Positions 25,489-39,605 of a DNA stretch of 64,000 nucleotides are shown here, in pieces. The notes below the pieces were generated by a model. That model did no database searches. It was not told the origin of the DNA and saw nothing but the letters and a program-made list of their open reading frames with translations. A program made the position numbers and the translations under genes. Positions within the stretch are counted from its first letter, which is position 1. Every line of letters begins with the position of its first letter. The stretch is from Anaeramoeba ignava BMAN (lineage: Eukaryota > Protista > Anaeramoebae), in the NCBI GenBank assembly GCA_028826165.1, contig JAPDFW010000056.1:248001-312000 (forward strand), read 5' to 3'.

Positions 25489-28400
25489 TTAACTTCTCCA
25501 ATATTGTGCCCATTTGTGGATTGTTTCCACAACTTGAGGAAATAGAGCATTTACACTTTCATCAATTACAGCTGAAATATATTTTTTAGCTTTTTCATCA
25601 TTTAAATGAAGAGAAAATTTTTCATGAACCTAAAACAACAAAATCAAATCAAAATCAAATCAAAATCAAATCAAAATCAAATCAAAATCAATATTTAAAT
25701 CAAATATTTAAATCAAATATTTAAATCAAATATTTAAATCAATATTTAAATCAAATCAAAATCAATTATTTAAATCAAATACTTAAATCAAATAATTAAA
25801 TCAATTATTTAAATCAATATTTAAATCAATATTTAAATCAAATATTTAAATTAATATTTAAATCAAATATTTAAATCAAATATTTAAATCAAGTAATTAA
25901 ATCAATATTTAAATCAATATTTAAATCAAATATTTAAATCAAGTATTTAAATCAATATTTAAATCAAATATTTAAATCAATATTTAAATAAATATTTAAA
26001 TCAAATATTTAAATCAAATATTTAAATCAAATATTTAAATCAAGTATTTAAATCAAATAATTAAATCAAATATTTAAATCAATATTTAAATCAATATTTA
26101 AATCAAAATTAAATCAATATTTAAATCAATATTTAAATCAAATATTTAAATCAAATATTTAAATCAAGTATTTAAATCAAGTATTTAAATCAAATAATTA
26201 AATCAAGTATTTAAATCAATATTTAAATCAATATTTAAATCAAATATTTAAATCAAAAATTTAAATCAAATATTTAAATTCAATATTTAAATCAAAAATT
26301 AAATCAATATTTAAATCAATATTTAAATCAAATATTTAAATCAAAAATTAAATCAATATTTAAATCAATATTTAAATCAAATATTTAAATCAAGTATTTA
26401 AATTCAATATTTAAATCCAATATTTAAATCAAAAATTAAATCAAATATTTAAATCAAATATTTAAATCAATTTTTTAAATCAAATATTTAAATCAAATAT
26501 TTAAATCAAATATTTAAATCAAATATTTAAATCAAATATTTAAATCCAATATTTAAATCAAAAATTAAATCAATATTTAAATCAATATTTAAATCAAATA
26601 TTTAAATCAAATATTTAAATTCAATATTTAAATCAAATATTTAAATCAATATTTAAATTCAATTGGATGTTTAAATAAATATTTAAATCAAATAATTAAA
26701 TCAAATATTTAAATTAAATAATTAAATCAAGTATTTAAATCAAATAATTAAATCAAGTATTTAAATCAAGTATTTAAATCAATATTTAAATTAATATTTA
26801 AATCAAATCAAAATCAAAAATCAAATATTTAAATCAAATATTTAAATCAAATATTTAAATCAAATATTTAAATTAAATATTTAAATCAAATATTTAAATC
26901 AAATATTTAAATCAAATATTTAAATCAAATATTTAAATCAAATAATTAAATCAAATATTTAAATCAATATTTAAATCAAATATTTAAATCAATATTTAAA
27001 TCAATATTTAAATCAAATATTTAAATCAATATTTAAATCAAATATTTAAATTAAATAACTCACTTTGACAATCGATGTTTGAGATCTATCAATATCTGGA
27101 ATATTTGCATCAATCATTAACATTAATAAATTCACAATTAAATGAGAATGTCTTCTTAAAGCGATGAATGTTTCTGCACTTAATCTCTTAAATTCTTGAT
27201 AATATTCACTTTTTAAACCACCCATAACATCAACCATTTCTTTACATAATTTCATTGGTGGTGGAAATGGTTTTGGATCATGTCCAAGAATATATCCAAA
27301 ATCAATATGTATTAATTTTCCATCTTGTGTTAACATTAAGTTATCTAAATGTCTATCTCCAACTCCCAAAATATAAGTTATTATACAATATCCAGCTTTT
27401 TTAAATAAATTTTTAAATCAAATATTTAAATAAAATCAAAATCAAATCAAAATCAATATTTAAATAAATTTCCAAATAAATATTTAAATCTAATATTTAA
27501 ATCAAGATTTAAATCAAATATTCAAATAAATATTTAAATCTAATATTTAAATAAATATTTAAATAAATATTCAAATAAATATTCAAATAAATATTTAAAT
27601 AAACATTCAAATTCAATATTTAAATCTAATATTTAAATCTAATATTTAAATAAATATTCAAATTAATTTTCAAATAAATTTTTAAATAAATTTTTAAATA
27701 AATTTTTAAATAAATTTTTAAATAAATATTCAAATAAATATTCAAATAAATATTCAAATAAATATTCAAATAAACAAACCGCATGATTTAATATAATTTG
27801 ACATAACATCCTTTTCAAATCCAAAATCATTATTATTATCAGGATGAAACTTAATAAAAAAATTAGAAAGAGAATCAAATTCTCCAAGTATTGAAGCAAG
27901 AGATTTAGCTTTAACAAATTGAACAATTCCAATCTCAGAACTTGTAGGAAGAACATGATAAGGTGTTAGTTTTAAATCCAAATTTTCCTTTTTCAATAGT
28001 TGCTCCATCAAAATAATTAATTGCATAACAAGATTATCTTGGCGTATATCATCTCCCATTTTATAAATAATACCATATTCATTTTCTTTATCATTTTCTT
28101 TTTCATTTTCTTTATCATTTCCTTTATAATTTTCTTTAAATTTGAATGAATGTGAATCAAATTCTCGAAAAACAATTTTCATTGGATACAAATTGCTCTT
28201 AAAAATATACACATTTTCTGGTTTGATTCCAATAACAGAAACATGTGGATCTAGTGGAAGAAGTAATGGTTGAAATTCTAATAAATCTTTATATTGGAAT
28301 TGAAGCATTTCCTTAAGAAATGTAATTTTTTTAGGTCTTGAAAGTTTTGAATTTGATTTCAATTTTTCTGCAATTTCCCCAAGTTCTTGAATAAGTTTTT

Positions 28401-30842
28401 CCTGGCGTTGTAATTGAGTTAAAAGAACTTTTCCTTTTTCGCTTTCAAGGCATTGTCTAGCAAATTCAAGGTGAACTTTTGCGAAAATTGAAAATTTTTT
28501 ATCATTTCTTTCTGTTCCAACATACCAATAAAAATAAACTCCTAAAATTGGGTTTTGTAAAGATCTACGAATCAGAAATTGTGTTAATGGTGATTTTTCT
28601 GATTCTTCATATCTCAATCCTTGAACAACTTGTAAAAGATACAAAATCAATTCCTTTTATAAAAAGTTGAATAAAACCAAATTAAATTAATATTTAAATC
28701 AAATATTTAAATCAAATATTTAAATCAAATATTTAAATCAATATTTAAATCAAATATTTAAATCAAATATTTAAATCAAATATTTAAATCAATATTTAAA
28801 TCAAATGAAAATCAAATATTTAAATCAAATATTTAAATCAATATTTAAATCAATATTTAAATCAAATATTTAAATCAAATATTTAAATCAATATTTAAAT
28901 CAAATGAAAATCAAATATTTAAATCAAATATTTAAATCAAATATTTAAATCAAATATTTAAATTCAATATTTAAATCAATATTTAAATCAAGTATTTAAA
29001 TCAAATATTTAAATCAAATATTTAAATCAAATATTTAAATCAAATATTTTAAATCAAATATTTAAATCAATATTTAAATAAATTAATATTTAAATCAATA
29101 TTTAAAATCAATATTTTAAATAAATAAATTTGAAAATCAAATATTTAAATCAAATATTTAAATCAATATTTAAATCAATATTTAAATCAATATTTAAATC
29201 AATATTTAAATCAAATATTTAAATCAAATATTTAAATCAATATTTAAATCAATATTTAAATCAATATTTAAATCAAATATTTAAATCAAATATTTAAATC
29301 AATATTTAAATCAAATGAAAATCAAATATTTAAATCAAATATTTAAATCAAATATTTAAATCAAATATCAAAATCAAATATTTAAATCAATATTTAAATC
29401 AAATAATTAAATAAAGCTCCCGTTTTACTTTATCTTCACATTCATCTAATTTTTCTACTCCAAATTGTCTAATTTTTTGATTTTTAAATTTTTTGGAAAT
29501 TAATTCAAGTGCAATAACTGTATCTACATTCCAATTATTCATCATTCTATACATTTCATCTTGTTCTTTTTTTTTGGAATTCTGTTGATAATAAAAATTT
29601 TGGAAGTGCTTGTGGATTATGCTTTAAAGTATTTCTAAACTTCCAAATCATATCAGCTTCTTGTTTAGTTAATTTTTTAAAAGGATTTGCAATAATTTTC
29701 TGAGTTTTATACAAAAATAAATTTGGTTATGAATTTTTTCTATTTTTTCTTAAAATTTGAAAATGAAAATATAGAATTATACATTTAATTTTTGGAATTC
29801 ATCTAATGTAGGTGTAGCACTTTGATTTTTGGGAGATGTTTTAGATTGCTGAAAAAGAAATAAATTTTAATTTTGATTTTAATTTTGAATTTGATTTTGA
29901 TTTTGATTTTGAATTTGATTTTGATTTTGATTTTGAATTTAAATTTTGATTTTGATTTTGATTTTGATTTTGATTTTGATTTTGATTTTGATTTTGATTT
30001 TGATTTTGATTTTGATTTTGATTTTGATTTTAATTTTGATTTTGATTTTGATTTTGATTTTGATTTTGATTTTGATTTTGAATTTGAATTTGAATTTTGA
30101 TTTTGATTTTGAATTTTGATATTGATTTTGATTTTGATTTTGATTTTGAATTTGATTTTGAATTTGATTTTGAATTTGAATTTGAATTTGGTTTTGATTT
30201 TAATGTTTGAAATAATACATCTAAATTATTAGAATCATTTTCAAAACTAGAAAGAAATGGAGCCATTTGATCGCTTGGTAGTTGAAGAGTAAATTTTCTA
30301 TTTAATTTAGAAGAAGAAAACCTATCCTTTGAACCAAAAACAGAATTAACTCTTTCTTTATTTCTATTTAAAAGAGGAGGTTTTGATTTAGGTTTTGGAG
30401 GTTTTGATTTAGGTTTTGGAGGTCTTTGTTTTAGGTTTTGGAGGAGGGATTGAAGGCTTCTCAAGTGTTGTATTTGAACGTCTTAAAGCAGGATTCCTTT
30501 TTGGACGATTTTGTGTTTTAATTTCTTTTTTATTTTCTGTTAAAAATTTTGAAAAAATAAATGATTCAGGTCTTTTTGGAAAATGAATTCGGGATTGATT
30601 CTGGATTGATTGAAATATTCTTTTGCAATAGCTTAAAGGAAAATCAAATTTGATATAAACTTGTGGTTCAATTTCTGTTTGAGCTAAAAGTGAATGGAAA
30701 TGTTGATCAGAAATCGATTTTTGAAAATTGTTTCCTTTTATTTTTATTTTGATTTTGATTTAATTTTGATTTTTATTTTGATTTTTAATTTTGATTTTTA
30801 ATTTGAAAAGAGAATTAGTTTACTTAAATAAGAAGAATACAT
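25489..30842 (-). CDS. VPS34: Class III PI 3-kinase (Vps34 type); about 7 exons, with two homopolymer frameshifts (~30430 and ~29570)
   Basis: Helical domain ([26 protein letters not shown]), kinase motifs [40 protein letters not shown], and the diagnostic C-terminus [10 protein letters not shown]. Confidence 0.92.
25640..27050. repeat. (TATTTAAATCAAA)n 12/13-mer array in the last Vps34 intron
   Basis: Direct inspection. Confidence 0.9.
27400..27770. repeat. Related TATTTAAATM/TATTCAAATAAA array in a Vps34 intron
   Basis: Direct inspection. Confidence 0.8.
28685..29410. repeat. (TATTTAAATCAAA)n array in a Vps34 intron
   Basis: Direct inspection. Confidence 0.9.
29865..30200. repeat. (TTTTGA)n array in a Vps34 intron
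   Basis: Direct inspection. Confidence 0.85.
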
Positions 30843-30889
30843 AAAAAGAAAAGAAAAAAATGAAAAAGATTTTTTTTGGATTTTATTTT

Positions 30890-31430
30890 TTTGAATTTGA
30901 ATTTGAAATTGATTTTGATTTTGATTTTGAAATTGAATTTGATTTTGAAATTGATTTTGAATTTGATTTTGAAATTGATTTTGATTTTGATTTTGATTTT
31001 GAAATTGAATTTGATTTTGATTTTGATTTTGAAATTGATTTTGATTTTGAAATTGATTTTGAAATTGATTTTGATTTTGAAATTGATTTTGAAATTGATT
31101 TTGAAATTGATTTTGATTTTGAAATTGATTTTGAAATTGATTTTGATTTTGATTTTGAAATTGATTTTGAAATTGATTTTGAAATTGAATTTGAATTTGA
31201 TTTTGAATTTGATTTTGAAATTGATTTTGAATTTGAAATTGATTTTGAAATTGATTTTGAAATTGATTTTGAATTTGATTTTGAAATTGATTTTGAAATT
31301 GAATTTTAAATTTGATTTTGAATTTGAATTTGAATTTGAATTTGAATTTGAATTTGATTTTGAAATTGATTTTGAAATTGAATTTTGAAATTTGATTTTG
31401 AAATTGATTTTGATTTTGAATTTGAATTTG
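30890..31430. repeat. (TTTTGA/AATTGA)n array between the AIG1-like stop codon and the Vps34 start
   Basis: Direct inspection. Confidence 0.9.
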
Positions 31431-31432
31431 AT

Positions 31433-32101
31433 TTAATTATCCTTCTTTTCTTCTTCTTTCTTCTTTAAATTTCTGGAAATTCCTGTTGAAATCAACTTTC
31501 TTGATAACATAACAAAAGAATAAGCAAAAATAGTTGCAACTAAAAAGAAAATGAAAAAGAATAAAGGCGACATCATTGAAAGAAATGGATAAATCACATC
31601 ACCATAAATAAAAGTAACAGAAAAACTAACAAGAGCATAACCAAGAGCAAGAAGAAGAACAAACAAAAAATCAAGATATTTGGAACTCATTTTAGCGAAA
31701 TATTCAGGAAGAAAAAATATTTCAATAAAATCATAAAAAAGTGGGAAAGTATGAAGAAAATGATTCAAAACTGGTGGAATAACAAATGTTTTGGGAAGAA
31801 TAAGCGTAGGGTCATAAAGGGTTAAACTCCAGAAAACTATTTCCATTATTATATTCATCACAAAAACTAAAGTTAAAAGACTTGTTGATGAGTCACTTGT
31901 TTTTCCTGTTCGGAATAATTGAATATCTTTGTATAAATTTTTTGCATAAAAGAATAAAACTGTAAGTAAATTCCAAATTGTGTAAAATTGCAAGCTTCGG
32001 ATTCCAAATGTTGTAATGGAACTGATCCAAAAATAAGAAATTGTTGATGCAATTACGATAAATAAATGGAAATTAAAAAGAAAAATTCTTTTAAAATTCA
32101 T
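31433..32101 (-). CDS. FAR-17a/AIG1/ADTRP family membrane threonine hydrolase
   Basis: About six TM helices; QFYTIWN (catalytic Thr), NHFLHTFP (catalytic His) and VIYPFL. Confidence 0.85.
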   Translation of the reverse strand: MNFKRIFLFNFHLFIVIASTISYFWISSITTFGIRSLQFYTIWNLLTVLFFYAKNLYKDIQLFRTGKTSDSSTSLLTLVFVMNIIMEIVFWSLTLYDPTLILPKTFVIPPVLNHFLHTFPLFYDFIEIFFLPEYFAKMSSKYLDFLFVLLLALGYALVSFSVTFIYGDVIYPFLSMMSPLFFFIFFLVATIFAYSFVMLSRKLISTGISRNLKKKEEEKKDN

Positions 32102-32314
32102 TTTGATTAAAAAAAATGAAAAATGAAAATTAAAATGAAAATTAAATTTTTTTTAAATAATTAGTAATTACGTGGATATATTTTTTTAAAAAAAGATTTA
32201 AATTTAATTTTATTTTATTTATTGGATCGTTTATTGAGAAAAATTTTAAAAAGAAAAAGTAAAAGAATTGGAAAAAAAAAGAATTGGAAAAAAAGAATTA
32301 AAAAAAAAGAAAAA

Positions 32315-35300
32315 TTATTTTTGATTTCTTTGAGATTCAAATTTTTGATTTCTGTAATTTTTTCCAGATCTATATAATGGAGTGGATTTTGTGAATCGAG
32401 GTTTAGGAGAATCTCTATGTGAATCTTTATCAGGATTTTTATCAGTATTTTTATCAGGTACTTGATTTTCTGGACGTAAATGAGGAGGAATATATCGAGC
32501 GGTTTTCGGGGATTCTTTTGAAATAATTTGAGATTTTGCCATACGATTTATATTTGGAGTGCTTGTTTTTTTTGGAGTTGGTCCTTGAATTAATTTTTTC
32601 AACTTCTTTTCTAGTGATTTTCTTTCGTTTTTTAACTCTTCCATTTGATCTTTTGCGGAATCCTTTTCTTTATTGATGATTTCAATTTCGGATTCAAATT
32701 GTTTGAGCTGTTGATTTAAATCATCGAAATTAACAGGAGATTCCTTGATTTTTGTTTGAATTGATTGAATTTCCTGATCGGTTGATTTAAGTTTGTTTTC
32801 AAGATTTTGTTTGTTTTGATTTTGAATTCTTTTGATTTCGATTGATTTAAGTTCTTGTTTTGCTTTTTGGAAGTCATCAAAAACAGGTCTGAATTGGTTT
32901 TTTGTTTCAAGATTTTTCGCATGAAGTTTAGTTGCTTTTTCAATAAGATTTACATAGTGTTGTTCTTGAGCTTCGACGAATCTTGTTTTGAAATTGGTTG
33001 CATAATCTGATAATTTTTTGTGCTCAATCTTCCGAGAGATTGCTTGTTGAATATCTTTGTGTTTAGCCTCATCGGCAAAATGGCTTTTAATTTGTTCGAA
33101 ATGCTTTTCCTTTTTGGATTCGAGTTGTTTTTCAAGTTGTGAAAGTAACTGCTTAAGTTCCGAATGACTTAAATTTGGAAGTTGAACTTCATCGTATTTA
33201 TTTTTCAGAATTGCGTGCAAATTCTCAATTTTCTTGATCATATCAGCCATTTCTTGGATCATCTTATCATCCTTTTTTTCCTCTTCTTTCTCTCGTTCTT
33301 CTTGTTGTTTTTCTTGCTCTTTTTCCTTTTGCTCTTGCAATTTTAACCGATTTTTTTCTTCTTCTTCTTTTTTCTTTTTCGCCTCCATTTTTTGTTTAAG
33401 AAGTTTAAGAGAAGAAGAATTTCGGTCGGCAAGCATTTGTTTCTCATTCTTGATCGTTTCGATAATTTCATTTTTGTGTTGAGTTCCGCTTTGGGGTTTA
33501 TTTGTATTATCTTGGCCTTGACTTTCCTTTTTTGTTTTTGCTATTTCTGCTTGATTTTTTTCAAAAACAAAACTAAATGAATCCAGATGCGAAAAGAGAT
33601 TCCTCGAAATGACTGAAATATGATTTTTCAGCGGCTGTTTTTTGAGGGTGTCGTTTTGGAAGAAGATCATATTTAACTGGTGATCGATTTTAATTGAAAG
33701 TTTCCCTTTTCTTGATTCCTCAAGAATAAATTGTTGCAGCTTTGAGAAATTAACATCTGGAAGTATCCAGTTCAAATCAGAGATTCTAATATTGCGATAG
33801 ATTTTCTCGAGATGCTGAAACACATGGAAAAACAAAGAGTATTCAACAAGTTGGTAATATTGATTCAAATCTTTGTTTTCCTTGATTTTGGAAAGAATTG
33901 CGCTCATTTTGCCTCCAATTTCAAAAGGTGAATTAAATCCGTTAAAGCAAGAATAAACTGTGGAGAATTCGGGATAAATATCATTGCCAATTTCGTTCAT
34001 GATTGTTGCCAAAAATAGTTCTTTGGGAACCAATTTATCTCCTTTTAAAAATGATTTTTGAACTCCCTCATCTCGTTGTTCGATATCAAGTGAATCTTGA
34101 AAGAAATCATCATTATCTTCAAAATACGGAATTGAAACTGCAACAAATAAAAGCTTGGTGCAAACTAGCGGATCTTTTTTATTCATTGATTTTGCTGTTA
34201 GGATCATTTGTCTTAAAGCTTGTGCATGATAAAAATAATTCTTTGTCACTAATAATGCGTTTGCAAAGTGATCATAATATTGAAATTTTTTTTCTGGACT
34301 TATTTTTAATTTATATTCTTGGCAAAAATTTGCTATTCCTGAAAGTGTTTTAAAAGTTTCTTCCCAAAATGATAGTTTGACTGTTGCGTCTAGTTGGAAT
34401 AATTGGATATCAAGAATTTTGGCTAATGATTTTGGGTCTGAAAGGCTAACTTTTCTTTGATCTTGATAATCTTCGAGTTTTGAGAAATTTGTACGAAGAG
34501 TATCACATAATTTTTTGAGTTCTTTTTTTCGGTTATATTTTATACAGAGGTCGAAAGCTTGTTTTGCTGTTGTCTATATATTGAATTTTCAAAATAAATT
34601 TTAATTTTCAAAATAAATTTTAATTTTAATTTTAATTTTAATTTTGATTTTAATTTTAATTTTAATTTTAATTTTAATTTTAATATTAATTTTAAATTTT
34701 AATTTTAATTTTAATTTTAATTTTAATTTTAATTTTCAAAATAAATTTTAATTTAAATTTTAATTTAAATTTTAATTTTAATTTAAATTTTAATTTTAAT
34801 TTTAATTTTAATTTTAATTTTAATTTTAATATTAATATTAATTTTAATTTTAATTTAAATTTTAATATTAATTTTCAAAATAAATTTTAATTTTAATTTT
34901 AATTTTAATATTAATTTTAATTTAAATTTGAATTTTAATTTTCATTTTAATTTTAATTTTAATTTTCAAAATGAATTTTAATATGAATTTTAATTTTAAT
35001 TTTGAAATAAATTTTTATTTTAAACATACCATATACATATTCTCTAACTGAATATAAAATTTAACAGTATCAAGAAGTATAACATAAGTACCCCATAAGA
35101 AATTAAACCAATAAGAAAATTTTTCCTGAATTTTATGGGTTTCATAATATTTCAAAATTCTTTCATCATCACTTTGAGAAATAGACAAACCACCGCAAGC
35201 ATATAAAGAAGCAAGATGATTCTCAGGACGTTCTTCTTCAAGACGTTGTTCCAAAATAAGCTCATTAAAGTCAAATTCATCAGGTTGTTTTTGAGCAAGT

Positions 35301-35572
35301 TGAAGAAAATTATTCATGACTTTATCAAGTGAATTTGTTTGTGTTGAAAAAAGTATTTTGTAATGATAAAATGCTTCTTTAGCTGCTTGAAGATTATGCA
35401 GCTGGACACATAATTCTGTGATTTTCATCATCAAAATTTCAAAGCCTGATTCCCATGGTTGATTTTTTGGTGTTCTTATTAATGTAACTCTTAATAGATC
35501 TAATGCTTCTTCTGGATTTCCTTGTTCAATTGAACCGTTCGCTTTTTGTAATGCATTTTCTGGTCTTAACAT
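32315..35572 (-). CDS. eIF3a: Eukaryotic translation initiation factor 3 subunit A; exons 35572-35030 and 34573-32315
   Basis: N-terminal RPENALQKA...EEALDLL; AFDLCIKYNRKKELKKLCDTLR; PCI domain (QHLEKIYRNI...IKIDHQ); long charged coiled coil. Confidence 0.9.
34585..35015. repeat. (TTTTAA)n array in the eIF3a intron
   Basis: Direct inspection. Confidence 0.85.
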
Positions 35573-35822
35573 TTTAAATTATTCGGTTTTATCTTTTATT
35601 TTATTTTTCTTTTTCTTTTTAGAATTGAAAAAAAAATTAAAAGAAAGAAAAAAATGAATTTAAAAAATTAAAAAAAAATTTTTTTTTTCTTCTTTTTTTT
35701 GTTTTGTTTTTTCTCCTTTTTATTTTTTTTAATTTAAATTTAAATTTAATTCATTTTTTTCTTTTAATTCTTTTTTTTTTTATTCTTTTTTTTTCTTTTA
35801 AATTAATTAGATTAATTATTAA

Positions 35823-38428
35823 ATGTCTAATAATTTTTTTCGAATTGTTATTGTTGGAGATTCATCTGGTATTTATTTTATTTATTTATTATTTATTTTT
35901 ATTATTTTTTTTTGACTTTTTCTAATAATTAATAAATAAATAAAATTTTTTTTCAATTTATGGTTTTTTTTAAAAGTTGGAAAGTCAAGTTTAACAAGAA
36001 GATTTTTAAATAATTCAATAGAGGTTGAAAATGGTTTGCGAATCTTTTTATTTTTATTTAAAAAAAAAAGACAATATTCTTATCATTTAAAATTATAATT
36101 AAATTAAAAAATTAAGAACAAATTTCAAAAAAGATTCTTAAAATTGAAAATCAAGAAATTATGATTGAAGTTATTGATACAATGGGTCAAGAAGAATTTA
36201 GATCTGTTCGGGATAAAGTATTTTCTACAATTTCAAATAAACAAATAAATAAATATTTCCAAATAAATAAATAAATATTCAAATAAATAAATAAATAAAT
36301 ATTTCAAATTATAAATATTCCAAATAAATATTTCCAAATTAAATAAATATTCCAATTAAATATTCAAATAAATAAATAAATTAAATAAATATTTCCAAAT
36401 AAAATAAATATTCTAAATTAAATAAATATTTAAATAAATATTTCCAAATAAATATTTCCAAATTATAAATATTCCAAATTAAATTAATATTCAAAAAATA
36501 AATTAATAAATATTTCCAAATAAATAAATTTCCAAATAAATAAATATTCCAAATTAAATTAAATTTAAATAAATAAATATTTTTCCAAATAAATAAATAT
36601 TCCAAATAAAATTCAAATATTTAAATAAAATAAATATTCTAAATTAAATAAATATCTCAAATTAAATTAATATTCAAAATAAATTAATAAATATTCCAAA
36701 TAAATAAATATTTTCAAATAAATAAATATTCAAAATTAAATAAATATTTTCAAAAAAAATAAATATTCCAAAAAAAAATATTCTAAATAAAATTAATAAA
36801 TATTTCCAAATAAATAAATATTCAAATAAATAAATAAATATTTCCAAATAAATAAATATTCCAAATAAATAAATATTCCAAATAAATAAATATTCCAAAT
36901 AAATAAATATTTCAAATTAAATAAATATCCCAAATTAAATAAATATTCAAAATAAATAAAATATTCTAAATAATTAAATAAATATTTCCAAATAAATAAA
37001 TATTTCCAAATTAATAAATATTTTCCAAATAAATAAATATTCCAAATAAATATTCAAAATAAATAAATAAATAAATTAAATAAATATTTCCAAATAAATA
37101 AATATTTCCAAATAATAAATATTCCAAAATAAAATAAATATTCTAAATAAATAAATAAATAAATATTCCAAATAAATAAATAAATATTTCCAAATAAATA
37201 TTCAAAAATAAATAAATATTCTAAATTAAATAAATATTTCCAAATAAATAAATATTTCAAATTAAATTAATATCCCAAATTAAATAAATAAATAAATATT
37301 CCCAAATAAATAAATATTCAAAAATTAAATAAATATTTCCAAATAAATAAATATTTAAATAATATTCCAAATTATAAATATTCCAAATTAATTAATAAAT
37401 ATTCCAAATTATAAATATTTCCAAATAATTAAATAAATATCCCAAATTAAATTAAATAAATATTTCCAAATAAATAAATATCCCAAATTAAATAAATATT
37501 TCTAAATAAATAAATATTCCAAATAAATATTTCCAAATAAATAAATATTCCAAATAAATAAATATTCTAAATAATTAAATAAATATTTCCAAATAATAAA
37601 TATTCCAAATAAATAAATATTTCCAAATTATAAATATTTTCAATTAAATTAATATTCAAAATAAATAAATAAATATTTCCAAATTATAAATATTTTCAAT
37701 TAAATTAATATTCAAAATAAATTAATAAATATTTCCAAATAATAAATATTTCAAATAAATATTCTAAATAAATTAAATATTTCCAAATAATAAATATTCT
37801 AAATAAATAAATATTCCAATTAATTAATATTCTAAATTAAATAAATATTCCAAATAAATAAATATTTCCAAATAAAATATAGTATTATACAATTGGTGAT
37901 GGATTTGTTGTTGTTTATAGTATTCTTTCTTCAACAAGTTTAAATGAAGCAGAAAAAATTATAAAATATATCAAAAGAGCAAGAAGAATATTACCTCCTT
38001 TAATTCTTGTAGAAAATAAAATTGGTATTTAAACTTTTCCTTCAAAAATTATCAAATTTAACAAAATAATCAAAAAATTATTAAAAAAAATATTTTTAGA
38101 TCTTGAAGAAGAAAGAATTGTTCCACAAACAGAAGGTGAAGAATTAGCTAAAAAATTTTCAGTTCTTTTTGGTCAACTGTAAAATTAAAAATCCAAATCA
38201 AAAAAATTATCTAAATATTAATATTAAAAAAAAAACATTTTTAATTAAAGTTCTGCCAAAAATGGAATTGGTGTTGATGATTGCTTCCAAAATTTAATTG
38301 AAGAAATTATTCAAAAAAAAACCATTAAAGAACAAAATGATAATTCTGATGATGAAAAAAAATCTTTAATTCATGAAGATTTGCGAAATTCTAATTCTAA
38401 AAAATGTTGTTCTTGTTTTTTGATGTGA
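35823..38428 (+). CDS. Ras-family small GTPase, 6 exons, C-terminal CaaX (KKCCSCFLM*); missed by the ORF track
   Basis: Spliced product gives GDSS|VGKSS (G1), DTMGQEEF (G3), ENKI|D (G4) and L|SAK (G5); all five GT-AG introns are in phase. Confidence 0.9.
36230..37880. repeat. (AAATAAATATTYC)n array in Ras intron 3
   Basis: Direct inspection. Confidence 0.9.
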
Positions 38429-38431
38429 CTT

Positions 38432-39605
38432 GATTTAAATCAATTTAAATCAATTTATTCAATTTAAATCATTTTAATCAATTTAATCATTTTAAATCAA
38501 TTTATTCAATTTAAATCATTTTATTCAATTTTAATCAATTTAAATCAATTTATTCAATTTAAATCATTTAAATCAATTTAATTCATTTTATTCATTTTAT
38601 TCAATTTAAATCAATTTAATTCATTTTAAATCAATTTAAATCATTTTATTCAATTTAATTCAATTTAAATCATTTTATTCAATTTGTTCAATTTATTCAA
38701 TTTATTCAATTTAAATCATTTTATTCAATTTATTCAATTTAAATCAATTTAAATCAATTTATTCAATTTAAATCAATTTATTCAATTTAAATCATTTTAA
38801 TTCAATTTAATCAATTTAAATCATTTTAATTCAATTTATATCATTTTATTCATTTTATTCATTTTAAATCAATTTAAATCAATTTATTCAATTTAAATCA
38901 TTTATTCAATTTATTCAATTTATTCAATTTATTCAATTTATCAATTTATTCAATTTATTCAATTTATTCAATTTAAATAATTTATTCAATTTAAATCAAT
39001 TTATTCAATTTAAATCAATTAAATCAATTTAAATCATTTTATTCAATTTATTCATTTTATTCAATTTAAATCAATTTAAATCAATTTAATTCATTTTATT
39101 CAATTTAAATCAATTTATTCAATTTATTCAATTTAAATCATTTTAATCAATTTATTCAATTTAAATCAATTTATTCATTTTATTCAATTTAAATCAATTT
39201 ATTCAATTTATTCAATTTATTCAATTTAATTCATTTTATTCAATTTAAATCAATTTATTCAATTTAATTCAATTTATTCAATTTATTCAATTTATTCAAT
39301 TTATTCAATTTATTCAATTTAATCAATTTATTCAATTTAAATCAATTTATTCAATTTAAATCAATTTATTCAATTTAAATCATTTTATTCAATTTATTCA
39401 ATTTAATTCAATTTAAATCAATTTATTCAATTTAATTCAATTTAAATCAATTTATTCATTTTAAATCATTTTAAATCATTTTATTCAATTTAAATCATTT
39501 TATTCAATTTAAATCATTTTATTCAATTTAAATCATTTTAAATCATTTTAAATCATTTTAAATCAATTTATTCAATTTAAATCATTTTAAATCAATTTAA
39601 ATCAA
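38432..39605. repeat. (TCAATTTAAA/TCAATTTAT)n array starting right after the Ras stop codon
   Basis: Direct inspection. Confidence 0.9.
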
